A stretch of 64,000 bases of DNA, from positions 6,510,001 through 6,574,000 of the forward strand of contig CM120641.1 of NCBI GenBank assembly GCA_051362555.1, read 5' to 3'. Below the pieces are notes generated by a model. It was not told the origin of the DNA. It was given only the letters and a program-made list of their open reading frames with translations, and did not search any database. A program made the translations under genes and the position numbers. Position 1 is the first letter of the stretch, and every line of letters begins with the position of its first letter. Origin of the DNA: Lingula anatina (taxonomy: Eukaryota > Animalia > Brachiopoda). Shown one piece after another: positions 53,238 through 64,000 of this stretch.

Positions 53238-56200
53238 TTACATGTCTCCTCCAGGGATCTCGGACACATCAGACACTTCAAATGTACCCGATTCACTTGA
53301 ATCTTCTCCATGAATGGACGGAATAGTCACAGACATTTTCAGAGGACCACCTCCTCCTGCACCATCTAAATTCACCTGTGGAATTCCACCTTGGTTATCT
53401 TTTTCTTCTTTGTATGGCAAATCCTCCAATTGTTCCAGAGTCCCCTTTTCAGGCATTTCAAGGGTATGTGTCAAGTGTCCTGATTGGGTCAATCCAGCTG
53501 CTTTCTCCAGTGTATGTGTCAGCCCTCCTGATTGGTTCAGTTCTCCATCTTCAGGTTTCTCAGGAATATGTGACAACATTCTAGTGTGGTTACCAGAGTG
53601 ACCTAGATCAGAATTCCCTCCATCAGAACTGAAAGTCTGAGTGAGATAACCAGACTGAAGGAGAGCTTCCATGTTGATCTGGTCTGGGGTCATGGTTCTT
53701 GTGTCCACATCACTGATGGTACCAGTGCCTTGAAATGCTGGAATAATTACAAAAAATAAGTTTCATCAAACTGTGCAAAGATGACTCAGGTAACATTTAT
53801 TGCTAATGAGTGGATGGTGGATGTTATGATCAAACACAGTTGACATTTTACCTCAGAATATGCATTTTAATATTATCTAGAAAAAGTGCAGTGATAAGAG
53901 GGTAACAAAAACCTAGAATAAAAATATTTTTGAATTTCTTCACTTTAGACATTTTCAACATTTTCTGGTCATTACTCATCACAATAAATTATTACTATAA
54001 TTATAATACAGGTTAAAAAAATTGAAAAATCTTTCCATTACCATTTGGGAATTCACGTGAGGTTCTCACAGGGCTTGGTTGAGCACCAGTGGTCTTGGTA
54101 GCTGCAGGCTGCGTGGTCCCGATTGAAGGGTTAGGTCTCTCTGGACTCTGACTTCTCCCAACCTGAATCATTCTGGGTTTTACAGTTACCCTCTCTGAAA
54201 AAGATTTGACACTTGATTTGTGAGTTTGAAGCAAGGTTAAAACATTGGTTTCCAAGTTTTTTGCTTGGTTTTGGCTCAAGGAATTACTAATACTATTATT
54301 ATTAAATTATTATTAAATAACTGAGCAACCCTTGAAGTGTTGGATATGTACATAGTCATAATGGCACAGTCAGATTAAAATATTATGATAAAAATAATAT
54401 TGTTATTGAATATGTGCAGAAACTGTGTGCATTTAACAAAGCTTCTTTTGTTCTCTGTCTAGGATTTAATCCAAGTAACTTGGTCTTATAAAATGAACTG
54501 CAAAATCAAATTACACCAACAACAGCTACCCATGTTTTCAGTTTATTGTGGGAAATCTATGAGAGAAAACATCACATTTTGGCTGAAAACTGCTTGTATT
54601 TTATGTGTAAAAATGGTTCTACCTGGAGTTGAGCTAGCAAAAGGTGCCACGCTGACCACCCTGCCCCCTGGCTGTGGTCTAGACTTGGTGCCATACAAGT
54701 CACTCATCTTCATGGTATTATCTGTTTAATAGTGAAATTGAGTATATTTAGGAACTGAACTATTTCTTTTCATCATTTTATTTTAAGCTTTTTACAAATG
54801 CTTTACATGCTTTTGTAATATCAATAAATTTAAAACTTATCCATTTTAGAGTTACTCTGGTCAGTGTTAGTTCATTTGAAAAGATAAAAATAAAAAAGAT
54901 TCAATAGTTCCATAAGAATTTGTTTCCTCTAAAGTCTGACTTTATAACATTACTACTAGTGATTAGATATTCCTTATTAGTCTGACTTTATAAACTTACA
55001 TATTTTATGTATTATACAATCAAAATACATGACTATGAAAAAATCACCCCCTCCCCCAACAGCTGTCCACGTATATTTTAAGTTTGGTTATTTAACAGGA
55101 AAAGGTTATGAAAAACACACCTTTATATTGAGCCTCCTCCTCAGGCACTGACTGCTGTCCAGCTAGCAAAGGCCCCTGTCCAGCCTCCATTTTCAGTCCC
55201 CACTGACTGATCTCCCCCATGCTCTTCTCTGTATCTAAATCCCGTATTTCACCTAGACTTCTCTGAACCTCTGGTCCCCTGGGTACTCTCTGTTGTCCCT
55301 GGGGTATTCCCTGGGGTGGGGACACCAGAATTGGCTGCTGCACCTTTGCCAGGAGAGCAATCAAAGGGTCCCTTTCAAATGGCACCTTGGGCTTGTGGAT
55401 AAATTCTCCTTCACTGCTAGGTAAGCTGTCATCCTGTATTGAGATAATATGGTTTTGTTAAAGCTTATATAGGGATATCAAACTGGGCAGAAAACTGGAT
55501 CTAGAATAGGTGAAAACAGGTATACAACAAGGAAAATAGGTTGGTTTTCCAGGTAAGAACATGGCCAGCAAATTAGGAAGTTAGGGAGCCCTGGTTTCGG
55601 CACATAGTTTTTTATAAGTTAGATTATAACAATGGAAAGTAGGTAAGTTACTAGAAAGACTTTATCAAAGAAATACCTTTTCATGGCTTATGTCATCTGT
55701 TCCATGCAAAGTGCTTGCCAGACTGTTTTCAGGACTAAGGGCTTCACCAAAAGCTGACTGGTAAGCCTTAGCAAGACCTAACAAGATTGCAAAAATAACT
55801 TTTAACATTTTACCCACTTTTACCACAGTTTTTTAAGTTTTTCAAAATTCTTTGACTTTAATCTGCTTTTTAAAAATACTTTTTTATGATATTGAAAATG
55901 TTCATAATGAAGTATATAATAATTTAAATATCATAACCACAAAAGTGGGCCTGCTAAAATGGCCATATTATCATTTTTTATTAAGAAGTAGGTTAAAAAC
56001 CACTAAATAAATCACACCAACAAATCAATCATATTTCACCAAGGAATTTGAATTATTAATTCATGATCCCTGGCAGATTCAGGATTTTTACATAGGAGAG
56101 AGGTATACAGGGTGAGACAGAAGTTATCTCACTCTTCCCCTCCTCCCCCTGGATCCACCTACAATAATAATTAAGTCCCAATACCATTATACTGTAGTCT

Positions 56201-59200
56201 ATCCTCCAGTTCTCCTTCACTCTTGCTGATCAACCACTCTCCCTCTGATATACTCTGGTTCACAGTCTCTGTCACTGTGGTGATCACAGAGGATGAGGAT
56301 GAGTCTTCTGACAAAGGTGCAGCCTGGGATACATCCACTTCTTGTGCAGGTGGCGCCACAGGTGATGGTTGAACCAGTATTGGCAGTGTTTCTCTTGTGC
56401 TCAATGACTCATTTGGTGCCACTGACAGGGAACTGGAATTTTTCATTGACAAAGATTCTGATATGTAATCAACAAGTGGAAGTTTACATAGCTTCATAAA
56501 ATGCACAACATTTAAACAGTGTTACCTTGTAATAAGTACCAGTTACCAGAAGTGTCACCCACTGTATGTGATATGCAATAGTGTAATCATAGAGGCATAC
56601 ATACAGTGGGAGATTGGTCTTGTAACCGACTTTTCCCATGGCTGACACTTTGAACAATTATCCTACTGTTCAAAGTGCTAACTGTGGGATAACTACAAAT
56701 AAATCTTTAAAATTTCTCTAACAATCTTTGTGCTCAATATGAGGACCATAGTACATGTAATTATCACTATAAAAGTATAATCCAATTTAATCCAATTCAA
56801 AAGCCTTTAATCTAATACAATGCCCAGTGCTTACATTTGTTCATCTCCCCTGTCCACCGTCATTTCACCATGATAGGGGTTCTCTTCAGACAGAGGGGAG
56901 TCAGGATTACCCCAGGGCTGTGGACTGGGGGGTGGACTAGGTCCCTTTATCCTGAGACTAGGGAATGGTGACCTAGGACTAGGGGAACTAGGGGTGGGAG
57001 ATCTGGGAGCAGGGGTAGGGGAACTGGGGAGTGGAGTTTCTACTGAAGGGGGCGGAGTGTCTGCCACAGTGGGCGGGGAAAGGGGTGGAGTGATGGGAGG
57101 AGTTTTGACATCTTGTCTTGGATTGAAAACTGCAGTGTCATCTGCTGTGGTTTCTCTGGCTGATAAATCTGTAAATAAACAATGTATGTTGATTAATCTT
57201 CATAATTACTTTTCTTCATTTTGATGAAAAAAACAAGAATACAAAATATCATGACAGTATAAATTTGTTGCTAAACTGATATACACTCAACATTTATTTA
57301 AGAAACATATGATATTGATCACAGTAACCCAAATATTCCAATTTGTATACTGTATATATAGCCTATCAGATATCATATAAAAAAAGCAATGCTTTAGGGT
57401 CCCCATGAGATATTATCATCTTATGATGGTCCACATTAGAACAGTTGTAAACAGGCCTGTTATGTGTCCCTTTACCTTGAGTTAGTTTTAATGTAGGCAA
57501 CACAGTGGTATCAGCCTCAGACTCAGGTTCAGTGACTGAGGACTGTGGTGTGAGGACTGGCGTCCCTACGACTGCTGGGGACTGCTCTCCCTGGGGACTA
57601 GGGACTGGGGAGACCTTGGGGGTGGCCACAGGGGTGGACACCAGCTCCTGAAACATGTAAGGAGATGTATGCATGATTTATATTAAGTTATAAAAGCTAG
57701 ATGACTTACTTAGGGATCACTATGTGATTTTGAAATAAGTTAATTGAAGTTTCAATGTCAAAATATTTTAAAAGTGACAAATAGAAAACAAACAATAAAA
57801 ACCTTACCTATTCTGACATTTTGCTGAGAATGTACTGTTATCAGACACTACTTACAATGAATAACAAATAATAAAAAAATGGTGAAATATGACAAAAAAA
57901 TCAGGCCTTAAAGGTAGAAAATATATTTATTTTCTTCAGAAGCAATTTACTTTTTTTTATCAAAAAAAAAAAAAAATACATCACACACTTGTGGCGAGTG
58001 TTCCTTCGACTCCTTCACTTCTCTTCCTGCTGGTACAGGTGTTTTCGCCTCCGTCTTCTCAGCCTCTCTCTCACCCAACATCCCTGCTATCTTCTCCATG
58101 AGAACTTCTTTGACCAATCCACTAACCAGGCTCTCATTCACAGGGACACCAGCATCCACAAACAGCTGGAAGCCATCTTCACCCAAGGGTTGCACTGAAG
58201 AGATAGAAAATCATGAACTGAGAGGTAAAAAAACAGGGTTTTCAATCCTGTTTAGAACTTAAAATAAAAGTACAGAACAAAGTTTTTAAAAGCACCAGGG
58301 CACTTTTTTAAAATGAAGCTCTTAAAATATTAGGCAAAAACAGTGCTTGTTATTTAAGGCATAGAGGGTTTTTTCTTCTTTTTCTTTAGTTTTTTGTATC
58401 AAAATAAAGTGAGTTTTTAAAGTTATTAAATGAGTAATATAATATCTCCACAAAACATGTCATATTCCTTCTTATCAGAATGGATGTAGGATATCAAATG
58501 TTGTTGCAAGCATGCCCGTACAATATTCTGGTCCTGGCTCTGAGTCAACTTCAGAGATATCTTCATCTTCATCACGATCAACGTGGTGTGACGGCTGCTG
58601 GGGTTTTGGGGGGTACATCTGGCTGATCAGACGTGCCATCAACTCTTGCTCTATCCTAAAATAATGAGAGCATCCGCAAAAAGTCAGTACCTTTCTGATG
58701 TTAAGGCTTTTACTGCTATGAAAAGTAAGGTAGAATATTATAATAACCACATTTGAGCTATTTCCAATAAGTACAATTATCCTTAATCTGAATATAAAGA
58801 GAGACAACAAGCCTTAAATCTGCTGCTGTCAAAGATTAACACTTTTTCTTTCAGTTTCATCTCTCAAAAGCACTGCAGATGAACTACTAAACAATAACAT
58901 AAACAGAGCTTCAAAATTATCTATCATGACCAAATATCCATAAAAATTAATGACATTTGTACAAGATACTGTGAAAAACAAATGGCTGAATTAGGATAAC
59001 ATGCACCAATCCAAACTCACCAGTCTTGAGCCTTATTCTCCAACAGGTTCCTCCTCCTCAAGTCGGCAGCGAGGATGTCTGAGGAAGGTCCTGCTGGCTC
59101 CAGTGTGGGAGGAGGAGGCACGGGAGGGAAAGGAGGACCATGGTATGCAGAGGACTGGGGTCTATAACCTGGTAGAGCAATTCCTGGCTCTGATGGCTCA

Positions 59201-62200
59201 TCCTCTTCTTCTTCACTCTCAGGCTGCCATGCAAGAAAATATGAGTTGTGGCCATGTAATGATTCCTAAGAAAATGTTAAACTAGTTACCCTGAAAACCC
59301 CTGCATAGACCTGTGTAAATCTGTCCTTGAGAAATTCAAGAATGAATTTGATAAACTGAACTATATCTTTAACAAGAAATCCCAAAGACTGCGTGAAAAA
59401 GCTGTCTTGCTATACAGAGCCAAAGTTTAAAACAACACTCTCACACCATTATTCCATTTTTTCCAACATTTGTCACCACTTTTTAAAATGCTTTATCCTC
59501 TTTGTATCATTTAGTTTGTATGATTTTATAAACTATTATTACAAAAAAATCTATTGGATGGAAGGGGGGCTACCACTGACATAGTTTAGAGACCTAGACC
59601 CATGAACAGCAGACATAAACCAAATTCAGCAAAAAAATTTTAGCTGTATGAAAATGGTGTCAGATATATAAATAATATATATGTGTGTGTGTAATAATAT
59701 AGATGATCAGAGCAGGCGAAATATGGAATTATAAATGTAGTCCGTTTATAGCAGAAGTCAATGAAAACTGGATAACTGCAGACTGGTATCATGTTACATA
59801 CAATTTTTATGGGCACAAGTCAGTTTATTACTTTCGTAATAAAAAGCATAATGGCTGCATGAAAATTTCATCCCTCTATTATTGCTACATGCAATGTGTG
59901 CAGCATTTAACATCATAAAAAATAAATGTGACATACCACACATTATGCTCTCACCTTTTTCCTGTCTGCAACTTCAACATCTGTGACTTTCAGGTAATTT
60001 CTGAATTCATCATCGTTATCGTTGTCATGCTCATCTGGTGTTCTGCTCCTGTCGTCCTGATCCTCAAGCCCCGTGTCATCTTTCAGTGGTGTTTCTGGAA
60101 CAGTTGCTCTGGAATCTCCCTCAGTGGTTGTGCTGGGGGTTGGGGGAAGACTGTCTATGTCCACTGATGGCAGGACCTAGATAAAATGTGGGTAACTGAT
60201 CAATAAGAAATACATGATATTATAGTTATCGTTAATCACAATTTTTTTAAAGTCTTTTGATTGTGTCTCAACGATATTTTAGACCATTTTAAGTTGTCAA
60301 CTTACCTGTTCAAAAATTACAACTTCAATAACGTAAATTGCATTTTAATGTGAAATAATTCATCTTTTCTCTACTCTCATACTTTAATCCCCAAAGTCTA
60401 CAGACATTAACACACCTTGATTATAAGCAGCAATCTTTCAAAAATAGTGGAAAAAGGAAAATAATCAAATAAAGTTGCTATTCGAACTGTATTTTAGTGC
60501 CAAATAATCACTAGTATGTTTAAGAATAATAAGTCACACAGTTTTCCACAAAGGTGATGACTTTATATACAGACATACTGTGGTTAAATCAGAAATCTCT
60601 CCAATTGCTTCAATGTTGCAAAGTCAAATCACAAAAAAACACACCTGTGCCTTTAGTTTGGAGAGCTTTTTATAGTCTTCAGACTCTACTGTCAGCACGG
60701 CAACATTGCTGCTCAAGGTTGTCTTGGGCTGTGTGTCTGGAATGCTGGTTTCAATGAGACTGGTTGCTATGGCACTGGTTGTCATGGCGATGGGTAAAGA
60801 TAAACCAGAACTGATCCGAGGTGGTCTGAGGGGCACTGCCATTGGGAAGAGCTGACCTTGTATGGGAGCTGTGGGGATTCCAGCTGAAAGCATAATAAAG
60901 AATTACAATAATAATAATACACTGTTTTAAATCAATTGAACTATGAAGTTAATAAAATAATCATGAAAGGAACTCTTTCCTTGCAGTGCTTAAAATGATT
61001 CTTTTTCATTTTCATAATGATGAAATTTCTTTGCTGTATGAAATGAATTATATTATATTATTATGCCCACAATCTTACCACTCACCTAAATGTTTTCCTG
61101 CTTTAAGTAGTGGACAGCATGATAAGTGTTAAAATGACATACAAATGAAAGAGATGAGGTGGGCTTCTTAAAGCCATACCTGTGCTATTCTAATTAAACC
61201 GAATAGAAATACAATCTGATCCACCACTGCCTTTAAGTTAAACGTAATAATCACAGCTGAAGGTACCTGGCTGCACTATATTCTGGTGTTCTTGCTGGGA
61301 GTCAAAGTAATAGTGGGGTTTCACATGTTGTGGTAGGTGGTGGGAGTAATATCCTGGTTTTTTCACTGGGGAAGGTGTAGTTTGAGTTTTAGCAGACTTC
61401 AGTTCAACTCCTGTAAAGAAACAGAGGGTTTTATTCTCACAATTTCATCTGTACATACTACTTCTATCTCATTTGCTTTCATTTGAAAATAAAAATACAA
61501 ATTATGACTTAGGTATGAAGTACTTGTGTCCTCCTAAGTAAGAGGGTCAAGATCACATTATCACTTGAAAGTAGCTTGGTAGTACTTGTGCTCCAAAATG
61601 CAAATTTTCGAATGTCTTCAATGCAACTACATTTTGTTTTGTTAGATAGCAAATATGCCTAAAATTAGTCTGACAACTTTTACACTATTTAGTCCTATGC
61701 TCAATAGAGAGGGGCATTTATTTAAAAGAAAACTAGAACCTTGTATCACCTTTGGCTGCATACGTTGCTGGTCTCCGTGGAGATTTTGGTTTTGGATCAT
61801 TTTGAAAATGGAGGTAAGGATCCTTCACAGTTGTCCTTTTATTCTGATAAATTGCTTTTCCATAGACTCTGGCTAAATACTCCTCATCTTGATAGAAAGG
61901 AATTGGCTTAGAGCCAGTGTTCCTTTTGGTCTTGAAAAAAAAAAAAAAAAAAAGTCCAGTGCTAATAAATCTAGTTAGACATTATCATATGGTACACTTA
62001 CAACGATAACTTTTAGGTTGGCATATAAAAAATACATGAACTAAACACAGTATAATGATAAAAATGTAACTAAAAAATATCTGAAAAAATAATATTACAA
62101 AAAATAAATGATTTAATAAATAATTTCTTTTCTTGTGCTTCAATGCTGCCTTTATCCATCTCTGAAAATAACAGGAAAAGAAACATACTTTAGGTTCAAT

Positions 62201-63417
62201 TGATTTTTCCATGTAACCAAAATGCAGTTTCAACATCAGGTACAAATTCACCCCTAACCTTCGGTACTTTGGTCTTCCCAGACTGACTAGCCACTTTGTC
62301 TCCTTTCTTGACTTGTGGATTTTCATTTTCATGTTCATCATCTCCTTTCTTCCTCCCTGTATTGATTTTGGCCTGAACTTGACTCAGTCTCCCCTTCATT
62401 CCCCTTGGGGGTACTGTTACCTTCTTACTGGCTGGGTTCACTGAAGACCCAGTATCCTTCACAGGTTCCTCAAAAGATACACCTCCATGAGTCTTCAGCT
62501 TTGCCATTTCATCCAATAGTTCTTTCTGGTGAATAAAACAACAACAAATGTAAAATCATACATCAATTTCATCAGGATAAAAAGGCATGGATTACTCAAC
62601 AGCATTTATGAAATAATGACAATTTCTGTCTTTAAAAAAAAACTCCTTAACAAATAGCTTTTTACAGCATTAGAACAATTTATAATGAAGTGGTAAAAAA
62701 ATAAGAAAAACATTTTTGTACCTCCAACTCTTCATTCATGATATCTATGTACCCATCAACTAGCTTTTTTATGTGTGTTTTCTCTGCAGCAGAACTGAAA
62801 AGAGCAACAAGACCACAAGAATTCTAAATTCTTTTTTCAAAGTGGCCGCTCTCGTATATAAATTTGACATCTGGTTATAATTACATGTAAAGGCTTTGTA
62901 AGCAATATAGCATACCTGCAAAACAATGATATTTTGATATATTTATAAATAAATGAAAGTAAACTTAGCATAGACAACCAGTATTTTATGGCAAATCTTT
63001 TATCCAGTGATATTTTTTCAAGCCCATGTACATGTCACACAGAACCAATTCCCTTCAAGGAATCTTTTCCATAGCCATCTGCCATCCTGTTCATATTATG
63101 TAATAAGTGTCACAGTTCAACCTCACTTTGCTTACATGCACAGCATGCTCAACTCAGAACCTCGCTACAAGGAGACATAAATATATAATAGCAATTCAGA
63201 ATCACCTCTCCACTGTCCAAGTATCCATGAGAGAATAAATTTCATCTTCACGTCTGGCTCTAAGCATGTTCTGCAGATTGTTTTCAAGGTGAGCTCTACT
63301 TTTCTGTACTTGCTGTAATACTTCAAGGGCCTGAGTGTAGTTTGTACTGGAAGACACTGGCTTCATGGAGGATGGAAGAGGAGGTGCATTTGTGGTTGTA
63401 CTAGTAGGAGGATGAAA
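53238..63417 (-). CDS. KIAA0586: Protein TALPID3 (KIAA0586), centriolar/ciliogenesis protein, 3' portion; 5' exons lie beyond the window end
   Basis: 18 phase-consistent exons: 63206-63417, 62722-62794, 62259-62525, 61750-61930, 61267-61410, 60645-60883, 59955-60176, 59021-59265, 58522-58655, 57989-58194, 57476-57647, 56835-57168, 56185-56432, 55677-55777, 55121-55433, 54623-54721, 54042-54194, 53238-53737 (TAA). TALPID3 blocks recognised in the expected order: [111 protein letters not shown]. Confidence 0.9.
56069..56162. mobile_element. Degenerate copy of the CAGGGGCGGATCCAG-type MITE
   Basis: Left end tggcagattcaggattt and right end cccctggatccacct resemble the TIRs at 63617-63785. No TSD is retained. 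Confidence 0.4.
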
Positions 63418-63616
63418 CTGAAATATACAAACACTTATTTGAAAATGCAATTGATTGTGAACAAGTTTTGCATGCTGAAATCCTGCTTTCCCCATCTTTT
63501 TAGATTACATATCAAGAAAGTGTATTTTACTGATTGAGGAAAACAAAAACACACTAAGAGAAGTAGGTAAATGATTGTGTAGAGCGAGCAAAGCACAGGA
63601 GAATTGCCAGGTATTA

Positions 63617-63785
63617 CAGGGGCGGATTTAGGCCGTCTTCTGGGTCCTCCGGAAGACGGTCAGATTTTCAAGTTTACATTGATGGGTATCTAATTTTTTC
63701 TGTCAGAAGACGGTCAAAAAATGGAGGATGGAACAACAGATATAATATGGAAGACTGTCAGAAAATATCTCTGGATCCGCCCCTG
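63617..63785. mobile_element. 169-bp non-autonomous DNA transposon (MITE) in a TALPID3 intron, probably hAT-related
   Basis: TIRs CAGGGGCGGATTTAG and CTGGATCCGCCCCTG (13/15 match). Perfect 5-bp TSD TATTA (63612-63616 and 63786-63790). Internal GAAGACGGTCA-like motifs repeat in both orientations. Confidence 0.85.
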
Positions 63786-64000
63786 TATTATGACAGATGC
63801 AGCTCCCCATTTAAAGAACTGGATTCTCCATGTGTTGTTTGGAAGGGTAGAAGACCAATGCTCTCCCTACCTCATTTTTAACTTCAAGAGGCCAGGTTAT
63901 GAGCCAATGATACATATTTGAATTAGAATAAATAGCATAACTTTATTTTTAAAACAAAACCTTGTCCAACTGTTGACCAACCATATAAATGCTGCCAAAA

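Noticed and set aside
55470-55592. Possible decayed TIR element (tagggatatcaaact ... agttagggagccctg)
   Set aside because: The inverted match is too weak and there is no TSD.
58513-58522. Possible GC donor (ACG G|GCATGC) in TALPID3
   Set aside because: A canonical GT donor (T|GTACGG) six bases earlier gives the same phase, so a non-canonical site is not needed.
1-64000. Prokaryotic systems, CRISPR arrays, rRNA/tRNA genes, autonomous transposase or reverse transcriptase ORFs, stop-codon readthrough
   Set aside because: The window is spliced eukaryotic DNA. I saw no repeat-spacer array, cloverleaf, rRNA signature or long uninterrupted TE ORF, and the stop contexts (TGA-G, TAG-G, TAA-C) are unremarkable.

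Overview
AT-rich animal genomic DNA with short introns. It is probably from a non-vertebrate such as a lophotrochozoan (inference from gene content). Splicing exons by hand gives three multi-exon genes, all phase-consistent. (1) The 3' part of an LRP2/megalin gene (+, 29 exons, 376-13781; 5' part lies outside the window). (2) An apparently complete ~1,760-aa type I membrane protein (+, ~36 coding exons, 22267-48252) with layout signal peptide-Ig-4x(DB module-FN3)-Ig-Ig-DB-FN3-FN3-TM and an FxNPxY/ITIM-like tail, of the IGDB family (C. elegans igdb / Drosophila CG17839 type). (3) The 3' part of TALPID3/KIAA0586 (-, 18 exons, 53238-63417). The gap between the convergent genes 2 and 3 holds a ~1 kb diverged palindrome and a separate ~200 bp near-perfect hairpin. 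Small TIR elements with 5-bp target duplications and microsatellites also occur. I found no rRNA, tRNA, CRISPR array or transposase. Most ORF-track entries are exon fragments or shadow frames. All family assignments come from motif recognition, not database searches.
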